Below, in pieces: positions 9,496-20,028 of a DNA stretch of 64,000 nt. Positions within the stretch are counted from its first letter, which is position 1; the number at the start of each line of letters is the position of its first letter. Location: NCBI GenBank assembly GCA_050246315.1, contig JBFWWG010000008.1, positions 1 to 64,000 of the forward strand, written 5' to 3'. A program made the position numbers and the translations under genes. Origin of the DNA: Nitrospiraceae bacterium. GTDB taxonomy: Bacteria; Nitrospirota; Nitrospiria; Nitrospirales; Nitrospiraceae. Below the pieces are notes generated by a model that made no database searches, had not been told where the DNA came from, and was given only the letters and a program-made list of their open reading frames with translations.

Positions 9496-10800
9496 CTAGT
9501 GATGTGAACGTGGCGATGACGCCAACGCCGACTCGCTTCGTGAGGAACCTCTGGCGACCGCTGACGAACGCAAGCCCGACGCGCCGCACTCCACCGCTCG
9601 CCCCCCCGCGCTCGCTTCCCGGAGAACCTCGCAGATCCTGGCTCTATCCGCCTGTGTTACAAACCGGTGGGTCGGAAGCGTGACCAGCCGCGCCACTACC
9701 TCCCTTGCTCCAGGATATTCGCGGCGATCCAGCCGATCCTGTAACTCTGGAATCTGCTGGATGGTGCCGGGATAGGCCGCGCTGATCCCCAGCCCAAGCG
9801 AGGCCGCGCGCGCGCACAGGGTCGACTTGGCCGTAGAGTCGCGGACCAGAATGGGAAGGCGCAGGTAACAGGCTTCCGGAGCCGTCACCACCTGGACCTC
9901 AGGAACCAGAACGGATAAGTCCTGAATGAGCGCTTGAGCCTGCTCGCAGCGGGTTCGGTTGGCTGCCGCCAGCCTCTGACGCCAGCCTGCTAGCGTGCCG
10001 GCCCGTGCCTCGGCCATTCGTGCCACCGGGAAGTCTCGATAGAATCGCGTCTCTCCCAGTCCGAGAAACGGCAATCCAGCCGGCAGCCAATAGAAGGGTG
10101 GGCGAATGAGCACCTCGGTGGCCGCCAACTCGACCAGATTTCCGGCGGCGGTCCATCGCGATTCCCTGGAAAGTTGGTCATAGGATTCCCGGATCGCCGC
10201 CGCGAGGGTTGCCGACCCGGTGACGATCACCCCGCCGCCTCCGCTGGATAGATTCTTGCCGCGACCAAGGCTAAAGAACCCCACGTCTCCGATCGTCCCC
10301 AACCGTTGCCCCCGCCGCATCCCTCCCATCGCCTGGGCTGCATCCTCCACCACCGAAATGCCTCTCGGGCGACACAGAGACCGGACTTGTTCCACATCGG
10401 CCGGCAATCCAAACAAGTGCGTCGGCAGGACACAGAGCGTTTGGTCGTCGAGGAGCCGGGTCAGTTGCTCGTGGTCAAGATCCAATGTGGCCGGATTGAC
10501 ATCACACAATGCGACATCGAGTCCTGCTTTCACCACGGCCGATGGAACCGAGTAGCAGGTATAGGCAGGCATCAGCACCTTGCGACGCGGCGACAACTTC
10601 CGAAGACCGGACAGAATCAGCGCTAATGCCGCCTTGCCGGATGAGACCAGAAACACATGGTCGAGGCCGTATTCGTCGCGCACCTCCCGCTCCAACCGAG
10701 AACGGCAGGAGTCTGTTGAGAGAAGCGCGGCGCACCCGGCGAGGAGCCCTCGAAGCGAAACCGGCGCGGCTGTGGGGGGGAGTGTGGACTGGATCTTCAT
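9496..10800 (-). CDS. DegT/DnrJ/EryC1/StrS-family PLP aminotransferase
   Basis: SSGKAAL, PAYTC, HLFG, VEDAAQA and FSLGRGKN (PLP lysine). Confidence 0.88.
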   Translation of the reverse strand: MKIQSTLPPTAAPVSLRGLLAGCAALLSTDSCRSRLEREVRDEYGLDHVFLVSSGKAALALILSGLRKLSPRRKVLMPAYTCYSVPSAVVKAGLDVALCDVNPATLDLDHEQLTRLLDDQTLCVLPTHLFGLPADVEQVRSLCRPRGISVVEDAAQAMGGMRRGQRLGTIGDVGFFSLGRGKNLSSGGGGVIVTGSATLAAAIRESYDQLSRESRWTAAGNLVELAATEVLIRPPFYWLPAGLPFLGLGETRFYRDFPVARMAEARAGTLAGWRQRLAAANRTRCEQAQALIQDLSVLVPEVQVVTAPEACYLRLPILVRDSTAKSTLCARAASLGLGISAAYPGTIQQIPELQDRLDRREYPGAREVVARLVTLPTHRFVTQADRARICEVLREASAGGRAVECGASGLRSSAVARGSSRSESALASSPRSHH

Positions 10801-11840
10801 GGCAGGTATTTTACAATGTGCGGACCGAGCGCGTTGGCGATGGGCAGGGGCAGATTCCGCCAGAGCGAGATCGCCAGACGATATCGGGGATTGTCGGGGT
10901 TCAACTCCGGCAAGGGCCTGTCATCCTTGAGCCAGTAATACCAATACAATGGGACCGGCTTCGCTCCCCACTGTTCCTTGAAGCGATAGGTTCCACTGTT
11001 CACTGTCGATCGTCCGAAATCAAACACCTTGCAACCTTGCTGGCAGGCATATTCAAGGACCGCGTTGTACAACAGCATATTGGGGGCCAGCCGATCATAC
11101 CGTCGATCCGAGGAAGCCCAGGGAATCTCCATCATGTCCCGAAACGAGTAGACCAATCCTGCCGCCACCACACGCCCCTTCAAAAAAACCGAGCACACAG
11201 CCGTTTCCTTGGGGAACGTCTCCAGGATGGTGCGAAAGAACGCTTTCCCATAGACCGGAGTCCCAAGATCTCGCATGTTGCGCGAGAAGACTCGGAAAAA
11301 CTCCTCCAACAGGTCGGCACCGCCGAACTTCACCGTCATCCCTTCCTTCTGAGGTCGCCGAATCTGGCTCCTCAGCTTGGACGGAAAACTCTTGAAGAGC
11401 ATTTGGAAGTCGCCCGGCAGCGCCAGTCGCATGGAAACCTTGTGCTGCTTACATCGCCATCCGATCGGTAATGGCTGGGCTTGCCTGATTTCCACATGGC
11501 TCGCACCAAGCGCATTCGCTTCCTGCGCAGCGGCCTCCAATAGGCACTCTCTAACCTCCCGATCCGCTGCATCCAACCCACCGTAGTTGAGGAACGGCAT
11601 CGAGACCAGGAAACGGCCGAACAGCCGGCTCGCCAGCGCGACCAGCGGCAACACGCCTCGCACATCCCCGTGCGAATCCCGGGCCATGAGATAGACGGTC
11701 TGATGCCCGCAGGCCTGCTCAACCACCTGTCGCCAGGCGGTCAGGTGATACCCGGTCGCCGTCGAAGACTCAAGCACGTAGCGGTCCCACAAGGCAATCG
11801 CCGGCTGATTCCTGCTCAATCTTTCAACCCGGTATTCCAT
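10797..11840 (-). CDS. FemAB-related GNAT protein, PEP-CTERM/XrtA system-associated
   Basis: SRLFGRFLVSMPFLNYGG, NMRDLGTPV, FDFGRS, FKEQWG and LNPDNPRY motifs. Confidence 0.9.
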   Translation of the reverse strand: MEYRVERLSRNQPAIALWDRYVLESSTATGYHLTAWRQVVEQACGHQTVYLMARDSHGDVRGVLPLVALASRLFGRFLVSMPFLNYGGLDAADREVRECLLEAAAQEANALGASHVEIRQAQPLPIGWRCKQHKVSMRLALPGDFQMLFKSFPSKLRSQIRRPQKEGMTVKFGGADLLEEFFRVFSRNMRDLGTPVYGKAFFRTILETFPKETAVCSVFLKGRVVAAGLVYSFRDMMEIPWASSDRRYDRLAPNMLLYNAVLEYACQQGCKVFDFGRSTVNSGTYRFKEQWGAKPVPLYWYYWLKDDRPLPELNPDNPRYRLAISLWRNLPLPIANALGPHIVKYLP

Positions 11841-11888
11841 CGTGTCTTCAGAGCTTACCTGCTCTGTACCGTACCAACTCGCAAGATT

Positions 11889-13280
11889 TCACCGGCTCTC
11901 TCGGTGCTCTTTCCACACGTCATTTAATACCCCGGCAAGATCCGCAGTCAGACTCCGATAGTTGAATCGATCGAGTTCTTCCTGAGGCGGGGCCGATAAT
12001 ACGCGCCGCCCTTCGAGTACATCGGTGATCACTCCTCGGATCTCATCCACATCGTTTCGGCAGACGAGGCCGAGTCGGTGCCGTTGGACAAGATTGGCGG
12101 TCGCCCCGTCTCCCCCAACTAGAAGCAGCGGGCGTCTCGTCGCAATATACTCATAGATCTTGCCCGGAATTTGAAGCGGGGAATCCGGTTGAATCACCAA
12201 CAAGGCGTCGGCCTCCCGCATCTGTCGGAGACATTCCTGGTACGGCACCGGTGGCTCGCGTATGAGCAGCCCGACTTTTTCCAGCCGTTGCGCGAGTTCT
12301 TCGCATTGCGGCTCAGATACTTCCCACGCCCCGATGAACCTGAGTCGCAGCCGTCCACCGGATAGACGTCCTTCACGATGGAGATCGACGAGGGTCTGAA
12401 AGAGGACCGCTGGGGTGCGCTTTCCATACACCGTTCCGAAATGGCAGAGTTCGAGCTGTGATCCACTTGCTTCGAGCCTTCGCTCGACGTTGCCCACGCC
12501 AGCAAGGTCCGCGCCAAACGAATCCGGATCAAAGCCGTTCGTGATGGTCAACGTCTTGCCGGTCAGGTCAGGATAGTCCTGTTCAAGTTGCACCCGCAGT
12601 TCATGCGTATTGGTCATCACCCTGCTCGCACCGCAGCAGACCGACCGCTCAAGATCGTAGGCCTTGGCGTTAAGATACGATGACCCGAATGAGACATAAG
12701 GATTGCTGGTCCACGGATCGCGGTAATCCACCACGTAAGGGACTCTCCAGTATTGAGCAAGCCGCCTCCCGACCAGATGGCTTGTCCAGGGCCCACCGGT
12801 CGCCCACACCACGTCGGGAATCTCACTCTCCGGCCAATGTCTCGGGAAGGCCGCCGCCGGCGAGAGCCATGGACACTGCGGGTCTGGAAACGCGAATCCC
12901 CAGTCGAGGACCAAATTCTTGAGTTGCTCAAGCCTCTCGCGCCTCGCTGTCGGGCTCCCCTCCCCGGATACCCGGACGGGTTGTCCAACGACCGGCTCAT
13001 CCTTCCCTGCCCACATGACATCCCGCATGCAATCTCGCCAGGCTACCAACCGCCGGAGGGGATTGCCATGGGGGACCACATCGACCTTCACCGAGGCCGG
13101 AAGTTTCTTCATCAATTGGTAATCCACCGGGTGAGGCGGATGCACGGACACAGCATCGGTCGTGAGCACACGCGGCAACCACCCGTAGGACTCGAGATAC
13201 CGACAGAAGGCAAGCGGCCGCATCGCTCCACTGGCGGAGACCGGAGGAAAGTAATAGGCGATGATCAAAACCTTCTTCAT
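11889..13280 (-). CDS. Glycosyltransferase family 4
   Basis: IAYYFPP, DYRDPW, TNGFD and PGKIYEY motifs. Confidence 0.87.
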   Translation of the reverse strand: MKKVLIIAYYFPPVSASGAMRPLAFCRYLESYGWLPRVLTTDAVSVHPPHPVDYQLMKKLPASVKVDVVPHGNPLRRLVAWRDCMRDVMWAGKDEPVVGQPVRVSGEGSPTARRERLEQLKNLVLDWGFAFPDPQCPWLSPAAAFPRHWPESEIPDVVWATGGPWTSHLVGRRLAQYWRVPYVVDYRDPWTSNPYVSFGSSYLNAKAYDLERSVCCGASRVMTNTHELRVQLEQDYPDLTGKTLTITNGFDPDSFGADLAGVGNVERRLEASGSQLELCHFGTVYGKRTPAVLFQTLVDLHREGRLSGGRLRLRFIGAWEVSEPQCEELAQRLEKVGLLIREPPVPYQECLRQMREADALLVIQPDSPLQIPGKIYEYIATRRPLLLVGGDGATANLVQRHRLGLVCRNDVDEIRGVITDVLEGRRVLSAPPQEELDRFNYRSLTADLAGVLNDVWKEHRESR

Positions 13281-13378
13281 TGGCAGGGTCGATCGGCCCC
13301 GATCACCCAGAAGGGCTGTCCTCCTTCCCGGCAGATGGTCAGGTCGGCGGGCCGTGCACTACCTGAAAGCCGTTTCGG

Positions 13379-14629
13379 CTAGACCACGGCAGTCCTTCTC
13401 TGTTTCATCCTGAAGCTTTCGGCCACTGCACCCGCCTGTTCGTCGAGAAGGAGCGCATCTACATAAAACTTGGTTGCCCAATTCAACACTTCAAACCGGC
13501 CGTACTCTCCATTGAAGGGACTCGATCCTTTGATGCCCCCGCGAAGGCCTCCGTTTTCGCTCTCGCAGTTTTGCGAGGCTTTCAGGAACCGGATAAGCTG
13601 CCGGGCCCCTGCGAGGAATTTCTCGTCCCCTTCTTTTAAGAACAGGCGCAGCCAGATTCCGGCCAATTGCGCATTGCCTGTGAGGCAACTCCAAGTCACG
13701 GTTCCCTGCCACTGATGATTCAGCCTCCCCGGCATGCTCCCGTCCTCGCGCACAGCTCCCAACAGCCTCTCGGCGCTGAGCTTGGCGTAATGAAGATAGT
13801 CCGCATGCTTCAGCAATTCCCCCGCTTCCCAAATTCCCTCAATGGCATAACTGATTGTATGCAAGAGCGGCGCAGCGGAATCGGTGAGACAATTGTTGCG
13901 AAACCATCCATTGGTGTTCTGCTGGCTGAGGCTGAATCGGATGTTCCGTTCGCCCGCCTCCACATAACGCGGGTCTCCGCAAGATTGGCCGAGGAGGATC
14001 AACGACCACCCCACGCGCGAATTGTACGTGGTGGAGGTAGGATTGGCGAATTCCGAGTTCCCCTTCAGCCACCCTCCATCCTTCTGTTGAACCGCGAGGA
14101 GGTAGCTGCCTGCTCGCTTGGCCGCATCGAGATACTTGGCCTCTTGCGTTTGCTGGAATGCGGCAACCCAGCCGAGGATAACCTGGCCCGTGTTGAACAC
14201 CGCCGGAGTCGGATGACTATTAAGGACGCCGCCCATGACCGCCCCGTTCGACATCTGGACATCAATTTCCCAGTCCGCCATGGCCAGCGCGCGTGTTCTG
14301 AGGTCAGGATCATGCAGATATCGGCTGACATCAAGAAACGTTGGAATAATGTAGCCGGTTGTCTCCGGATAGGACGGCTGCCATCCCCTCGCGCGGAAGA
14401 ATGGATGCCAGGCTGAGCTGTAGGCCCGTGAAACCCCGCGGTCCGGGGTGGCATCCTGGGCCCGCTTGATCCATTCCACCGCCTCCAGCAGATGAAACCT
14501 GTTGTGCTTCGTCATAACACCGCGTTGTTCCGCCTCTCGGCGCAGTTCTTGATATGCTTCCTGGTTGTAAAACCTGGAAACCTTGACCCGATGTTGAATG
14601 CCCTGAATCACGCGTTGAATCATGGCCAC
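13379..14629 (-). CDS. Uncharacterised (alpha/alpha)-barrel protein with prenyltransferase/squalene-cyclase-like repeats
   Basis: Repeated QxxDGxW-like units (QMSNGA, QQKDGGW, QNTNGWF, REDGSM); SYPETTGY motif. Confidence 0.65.
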   Translation of the reverse strand: MAMIQRVIQGIQHRVKVSRFYNQEAYQELRREAEQRGVMTKHNRFHLLEAVEWIKRAQDATPDRGVSRAYSSAWHPFFRARGWQPSYPETTGYIIPTFLDVSRYLHDPDLRTRALAMADWEIDVQMSNGAVMGGVLNSHPTPAVFNTGQVILGWVAAFQQTQEAKYLDAAKRAGSYLLAVQQKDGGWLKGNSEFANPTSTTYNSRVGWSLILLGQSCGDPRYVEAGERNIRFSLSQQNTNGWFRNNCLTDSAAPLLHTISYAIEGIWEAGELLKHADYLHYAKLSAERLLGAVREDGSMPGRLNHQWQGTVTWSCLTGNAQLAGIWLRLFLKEGDEKFLAGARQLIRFLKASQNCESENGGLRGGIKGSSPFNGEYGRFEVLNWATKFYVDALLLDEQAGAVAESFRMKQRRTAVV

Positions 14630-14639
14630 GAGTTTCCCC

Positions 14640-15635
14640 TCAGGCGGAACGTTTGGTCGACTTCATCACAACCTTTTCCATGACATAACGGAGCGGAATC
14701 GTCGCACCGAACAGTTTCTCGCAGGCAAACGCCGTCGCGTAGTATTTTCTCAACAAGCCGGGGGCATGCTTCTCAAGAATTCCGTTGAGAAAAAAGGCAT
14801 CGAACAGATACTTGTGAAACCCAAATCCCACGCCTCGTCCCTGCAAGCCGCGCATCCGACTCCCTTCCAGCCAGGGCTTGACCTCGAACCAGTGATTGTA
14901 GTTGTCGTAGCTGATTCCCCACTCGGAGAACGGCGAGAGGGATCGAAAGAACAACTTGAACGGGGCGTTAAAGATAGGTTGCAGCTTGGACATCCGGATC
15001 TCCTTCCAGATCGTTTTCAGATTCCAAGTATTGTACAGCTCCAGAATGAGGTCGCCGTTGGCCTTCGTGATTCGACAGAGTTCTCGAACGGCTCGCTCTT
15101 GTTGCTTCAGGTGCTGAATGACTCGGCAACTGATGACCGTACTAAAAAGATTGTCCTTGAACGGCAGATGCTCCAGTTCGCAGCAGACGTGAAAATGGCC
15201 TCGCTTCCGTCGATGCGCGGCCCGGAGGAGGTTGAGCGACGCATCGATTCCAACCGAGACGGTCGCTGGTGGCAGCGTCTCCAGGAACCGGCCGTTTCCA
15301 CAACCAGCATCCAGCAACAGATCGAGCTTGGTCTCATCAAAATAGTAGGTGAGCCCATAGATCTCCGACTCATGATTGTAGATGCCGAAGATCGAGCCAG
15401 CGCCTTCGACATTCGCATCGTACAGATGCGCCTTGTCCTCGGCGTCCCAATACCGCGTGAAAAGCTGTTTCATTTCCGTTTCAACATTACAGGGAAACAG
15501 CACCGGAATCCCGTCGACGATCGGGAAGACGAATGTGCATGCCGCGCACAGGAATGCGGATTCGTCGGCTCGCAACGTCAGATCGCCTTTACATTTGGGA
15601 CAGCACAACATGCCGTAAAACGCCGCTCTATCCAT
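14640..15635 (-). CDS. SAM-dependent methyltransferase with N-terminal Trm112-like zinc domain
   Basis: LCCPKCKG...CAAC...FPIVDGIPVL, then LLDAGCGNG and LPFKD. Confidence 0.85.
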   Translation of the reverse strand: MDRAAFYGMLCCPKCKGDLTLRADESAFLCAACTFVFPIVDGIPVLFPCNVETEMKQLFTRYWDAEDKAHLYDANVEGAGSIFGIYNHESEIYGLTYYFDETKLDLLLDAGCGNGRFLETLPPATVSVGIDASLNLLRAAHRRKRGHFHVCCELEHLPFKDNLFSTVISCRVIQHLKQQERAVRELCRITKANGDLILELYNTWNLKTIWKEIRMSKLQPIFNAPFKLFFRSLSPFSEWGISYDNYNHWFEVKPWLEGSRMRGLQGRGVGFGFHKYLFDAFFLNGILEKHAPGLLRKYYATAFACEKLFGATIPLRYVMEKVVMKSTKRSA

Positions 15636-15734
15636 GGCTTTGCGATCCTCTTTCTCTCAGGTCCGCATTCTGAATCTCTACACACACTGGTTCCTGGTGG
15701 CGCATCCCGATCCCGGCACCGCACACATCGTCCT

Positions 15735-16856
15735 CTATCGCCCCCTGTACTGATCGAGCAGAATCGTAACAATGCGCTCGGCGGCCTGACCATCCCACAG
15801 AGGAGGAGGAACCGGGGGCTGAATGGGGTGATCGAGGACCTTGGTTGCCTCGGACACGATCTTCGCGGGGCTCGCTCCGATCACCCGATTGGTGCCATGC
15901 GTCACGGTCACCGGACGCTCCGTGTTTTCCCTGAGTGTCAGACACGGAATCCCGAGAACCGTCGTTTCCTCCTGTAATCCGCCGGAGTCCGTCAGCACCA
16001 TTCTCGCGTTTGCGACCAAGGCCATAAAGTCGAGATAGCCGATGGGGTCCATGCATCGAATGCCGGCCGGAGGCACGGGTCCGTGACCGAAGTGGAGGCA
16101 GGCATGACGGCGGACCAACGATTTCAGCGCGCCGATCGTTCTGGGATGTACCGGGAAGACGAGCGGGCAACGTTGCGCCACCGTGCAGAGCGCTTCAACG
16201 AGTCCCTCCAGAGTCTTGAGGTCGTCCACGTTGGAGGGTCGATGGAGCGTCACCACCCCATACTGGGCTTTGCTGAGATGAAGCTGCTCCAAAATATCGG
16301 AGCGGGTCCAGAGTCGGCGTGACGATTCGAGCGAGTCGATCATCACATTGCCCACGAAAAAGATCTTCTCCCGCGCAATGCCTTCGGCTTTGAGATTTTT
16401 CTCTCCGCTCTCCTCGGTGACAAACAACAGGTCGGACACCCCATCGGTCACGAGCCGATTGATCTCCTCAGGCATCGACCGATCATAGCTTCTCAGTCCG
16501 GCCTCGACATGAGCCACCTTGATCTTCAGTTTGACCGCCGTCAAGGCGGCGGCCATGGTCGAATTGACATCGCCGACGACAAGGACCAAGTCCGGTCGTT
16601 CGCGTTCCAGCACCGGTTCCAGTCGCTTCATCACCTCCGCCGTTTGCACGGCATGCGTCCCTGACCCGACCTCCAAGGAGACATCGGGGCGCGGAATCTC
16701 CAGATCCTCAAAAAATCGGCCGGCCATACTCGCATCATAATGCTGTCCTGTATGAACCAAGACCGACCGAATTTCCGGACGCTTGCGCATGGCTTTGATG
16801 AGGGGAGCAATTTTCATGAAATTCGGCCGCGCTCCCACCACGCTGACAATCTTCAT
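15735..16856 (-). CDS. wecB: UDP-N-acetylglucosamine 2-epimerase (non-hydrolysing)
   Basis: GARPNFMK, HTGQHYD, HVEAGLRS, PEEINR, TDSGGLQEE and TERP motifs. Confidence 0.95.
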   Translation of the reverse strand: MKIVSVVGARPNFMKIAPLIKAMRKRPEIRSVLVHTGQHYDASMAGRFFEDLEIPRPDVSLEVGSGTHAVQTAEVMKRLEPVLERERPDLVLVVGDVNSTMAAALTAVKLKIKVAHVEAGLRSYDRSMPEEINRLVTDGVSDLLFVTEESGEKNLKAEGIAREKIFFVGNVMIDSLESSRRLWTRSDILEQLHLSKAQYGVVTLHRPSNVDDLKTLEGLVEALCTVAQRCPLVFPVHPRTIGALKSLVRRHACLHFGHGPVPPAGIRCMDPIGYLDFMALVANARMVLTDSGGLQEETTVLGIPCLTLRENTERPVTVTHGTNRVIGASPAKIVSEATKVLDHPIQPPVPPPLWDGQAAERIVTILLDQYRGR

Positions 16857-16902
16857 AGGGTCCTCACACGCATATACATAGAGAACAGTTCGTCACTCCG
16901 GG

Positions 16903-18864
16903 CTAGGCCGGCACGGCCGCCTCGGGATGGCCTCCAGCAATCTCCCGCGGCTCGGCGGTGCGACTCCCGTCGCCCGGACGAACGAATGGCGGTCCTATCA
17001 GATCCGCAATCATCTCAAATTCGGCGAGGTGGAACAGATCGTGGTGGACGTCAATTTCTCCCTGCCGGTGTCGCTCAAGATCCCTCACTACCCTGGGAAC
17101 GTTGTAAATACCACGCTCCCTGACCGACCGGCTGGCCAGCAGGTCCGCCATGGGCTCGTAGAGATCATGGGCAAACCATTTCCGTCCCGCCGTTGGAAAC
17201 CCCATCTTGTCCGGCCGCGCCCGAACCGATTCGGGGATGCGGCCCCGCATGGCCTCGCGCAAGATGAATTTGTTCCAGGGCCCCCGCACCTTCCATTCCG
17301 CCGGGAGGCCGAACAGCAGTGATACCACACGATAGTCGAGGAACGGCAGTCGAGTTTCCACTGAGTGCGCCATTGAATTCCGATCTTCGATCCGGAGATA
17401 CAGCGGAAGCGGGAATTCCGTGACGGCCCGCTTCAACATGCCGTTGAGCCGGTTGAGGCCGCTGGCCCGCTCTCCGCTCGGGAAACATGCCGTCAGGTCC
17501 CCTGTGAACCACGGATGACTCCGAACCTTTTGGTCGTACCGCCTGTCCGACAGGAAGCGATACGGGGAGAGCCCGTGTAGCGCCGTCATCAGGAGACTCA
17601 AGGAGGCGTCCGTGAGGGAATGGAGCGGGCTCCCTCCGTGCACTGCTGCATACGCGCGAACTTGCGCATCCGCGTCGCTGAATCGTCCTCTGCTCAGCAG
17701 TTCGCGCCAGTAGTCGAGAAAGAAGCTAAAGTAGCCGCCGATCGTTTCATCCGCCCCCTGGCCATTCAGTACGACTCGAATGCCATGGCCGGCCACCAGG
17801 TTCATCAGCCGATACCCGACCGCTGCCGTCATCGTGTGGACCGGCTCATCCTGATACCACAGCATGCGGCGGAGGTTTTGCCATAGATCCATCGGATTCG
17901 TCTGAAGTTCTCGTAATTGGGCTTTCGTCTCGGCGAGCGTATCGGCAATGTACTTGGACTCATCAAACTCCTTAGCCATATAACAGAAGGCTTGGAGCGG
18001 TCCTGAGGCCGATTGATTACTTTCGGCGCGTTGCCTCGCCGCAGCACATATAATCGACGTCGAGTCGAGGCCGCCAGACAGACACACCCCGACGGGGACA
18101 TCGCTCCGCATCCGAAGCCGCACCGCGTCTTCGAAGAGGTCGGCAAACGCCGCGGGCGGGTCATGGACATCGACGGACGGCAGCCGATCCAGATCCCAGT
18201 ACGTCCATAATTTCCACCTGCCGCCAAGATCCAGCTCGAAAGCCGACCCTGGAGGAATGGGATCAATCGCGTCATAGAAACTTTCGCTGCGGTCATCCAG
18301 ATGACCTTCGACGAGGAAGCGGGAGGCCGTGGTCCAATTCACGCCCCCACGATACAATCCGGATGCGCGGATCGCCTTGATCTCGGAAGCCAAGAGCACG
18401 TGATCCTTCTGCCGGTGGACGTACAGAGGCTTGACCCCGAAGCGATCACGGGACCCGAACAGACGATGATTGGCCTTATCGTAGATGACGAAGGCCCACA
18501 TCCCGTTCATTTTCGGCAAGCATTCCGCGCCCCACTGACGATAGGCGGTCAGCAAGACCTCGGTATCTCCGGTGGAGCGAAATCGATGTCCGAGATCAGT
18601 CAACTCGTCACGCAGCTCCACGTAATTGAAGATTTCTCCGTTGAACACGAGCACGAACCGTCCATCGCCGCTGACCATGGGCTGATGGCCAGCCGCGGAC
18701 AGATCAAGAATGGCCAATCGACGAAACCCGAGTCCCACAGGACCGTCGAGGAAGTACCCGCCGTCGTCCGGGCCGCGATGAACGAGACTCTGCGTCATGC
18801 GCTCGAGCGCCGCCGCATCGGCGGGTTTTCCAGCCATCCCACACATAATGGCAATGCCGCACAT
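16903..18864 (-). CDS. asnB: Asparagine synthase (glutamine-hydrolysing)-family amidotransferase
   Basis: MCGI N-terminus (start moved to 18864); HRGPD, NGEIFN, RDRFGVKPLY, LSGGLDS and GQGADE motifs. Confidence 0.93.
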   Translation of the reverse strand: MCGIAIMCGMAGKPADAAALERMTQSLVHRGPDDGGYFLDGPVGLGFRRLAILDLSAAGHQPMVSGDGRFVLVFNGEIFNYVELRDELTDLGHRFRSTGDTEVLLTAYRQWGAECLPKMNGMWAFVIYDKANHRLFGSRDRFGVKPLYVHRQKDHVLLASEIKAIRASGLYRGGVNWTTASRFLVEGHLDDRSESFYDAIDPIPPGSAFELDLGGRWKLWTYWDLDRLPSVDVHDPPAAFADLFEDAVRLRMRSDVPVGVCLSGGLDSTSIICAAARQRAESNQSASGPLQAFCYMAKEFDESKYIADTLAETKAQLRELQTNPMDLWQNLRRMLWYQDEPVHTMTAAVGYRLMNLVAGHGIRVVLNGQGADETIGGYFSFFLDYWRELLSRGRFSDADAQVRAYAAVHGGSPLHSLTDASLSLLMTALHGLSPYRFLSDRRYDQKVRSHPWFTGDLTACFPSGERASGLNRLNGMLKRAVTEFPLPLYLRIEDRNSMAHSVETRLPFLDYRVVSLLFGLPAEWKVRGPWNKFILREAMRGRIPESVRARPDKMGFPTAGRKWFAHDLYEPMADLLASRSVRERGIYNVPRVVRDLERHRQGEIDVHHDLFHLAEFEMIADLIGPPFVRPGDGSRTAEPREIAGGHPEAAVPA

Positions 18865-18996
18865 GTCTTCCTTCTTTGTTCCGTCCACCCAGGCTGGAAG
18901 AACGGGCTCGGTTGCCCACCCTCTGGCTCACCGGGATGGGCTTCGTGCCACTCGATCGATCATTCGATCCGGCGCTGAACGGGCGCCCTGCGGACC

Positions 18997-20001
18997 CTAA
19001 GCCACCTGCCGGAAGTACTCGATAGTTTTTCGCAGGCCATCCTCGAGCTCGACCTGAGGCTCCCACCCCAGGAGCAACTTCGCACGTCGGATATCGGGAC
19101 GTCGGACCTTGGGATCATCCGCGGGAAGCGGGCGATGCTCGATCGCGCTCTTGGAACCTGTCAGTCGTAGCACGAGGTCCGCAATGTCTTTCACGGTCAA
19201 CTCCCGTGGATTGCCGATATTGACCGGATCATGGATCGTCTCCGGCAGCGGCTGAGAGGATTTCGTGAGAAAGGTAGACCGATCGGTCCGTTGATCCACC
19301 GTCTTGTCCGAATCCGCCAACAGCAAAGCCGTGATGCCCCTAACAAGGTCATCGGCATAACAAAAACTCCGAGTTTGAGTCCCGTCTCCGAATATGGTCA
19401 GCGGCTTCCCCTGCAGCGCCTGCACGATAAAATTCGAGACGACACGGCCGTCGTTCGGCCGCATCCGGGGACCGTACGTATTGAAGATACGCACGATCCG
19501 GGTATCCAAGCCGTGATAGCGATGGTACGCCATCGTGATGGCTTCCGCGAATCGCTTGGCCTCATCGTATACGCCTCGGGGGCTAATCGGATTGACGTTC
19601 CCCCAGTAGGATTCCGGCTGCGGATTGACCAGCGGATCCCCATAGACCTCGGAGGTGCTCGCAAGCAGCAGCCGTGCCCCTTTTGCCTTCGCCAAGCCGA
19701 GGGCCTTGTGGGTTCCCAACGCTCCCACTTTAAGGGTCGCGATCGGCATTTCCAGATAGTCCTGCGGACTGGCCGGAGAGGCAAAGTGCAGGATCGCATC
19801 CAGCGGGCCATCCACGTGCAGATAATCACAGACATTATACTTAATGAAACTGAATCGAGAATGCCCCATCAGATGCGCAATGTTTTCTGTACGACCCGTA
19901 ATGAGGTTATCCATCGCGACGACCTCGTGCCCCTTGCTAACCAACAGATCGCTCAGATGACTGCCCAAGAACCCGGCTCCGCCGGTAATCAAAATTCGCA
20001 T
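18997..20001 (-). CDS. UDP-glucuronate decarboxylase (UDP-xylose synthase) family SDR
   Basis: [40 protein letters not shown] and [10 protein letters not shown] motifs. Confidence 0.9.
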   Translation of the reverse strand: MRILITGGAGFLGSHLSDLLVSKGHEVVAMDNLITGRTENIAHLMGHSRFSFIKYNVCDYLHVDGPLDAILHFASPASPQDYLEMPIATLKVGALGTHKALGLAKAKGARLLLASTSEVYGDPLVNPQPESYWGNVNPISPRGVYDEAKRFAEAITMAYHRYHGLDTRIVRIFNTYGPRMRPNDGRVVSNFIVQALQGKPLTIFGDGTQTRSFCYADDLVRGITALLLADSDKTVDQRTDRSTFLTKSSQPLPETIHDPVNIGNPRELTVKDIADLVLRLTGSKSAIEHRPLPADDPKVRRPDIRRAKLLLGWEPQVELEDGLRKTIEYFRQVA

Positions 20002-20028
20002 GGTACGTTTCCTCCTCTAGAACAATGA

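Noticed and set aside
10509..11471. 320-aa plus-strand ORF, and similar ones at 2617, 13667, 18301, 19231, 29842 and 35692
   Set aside because: All are antisense overlaps of well-supported minus-strand genes and lack domain signatures.
14622..15977. 451-aa plus-strand ORF
   Set aside because: Antisense to the methyltransferase and wecB; typical GC-rich shadow ORF.
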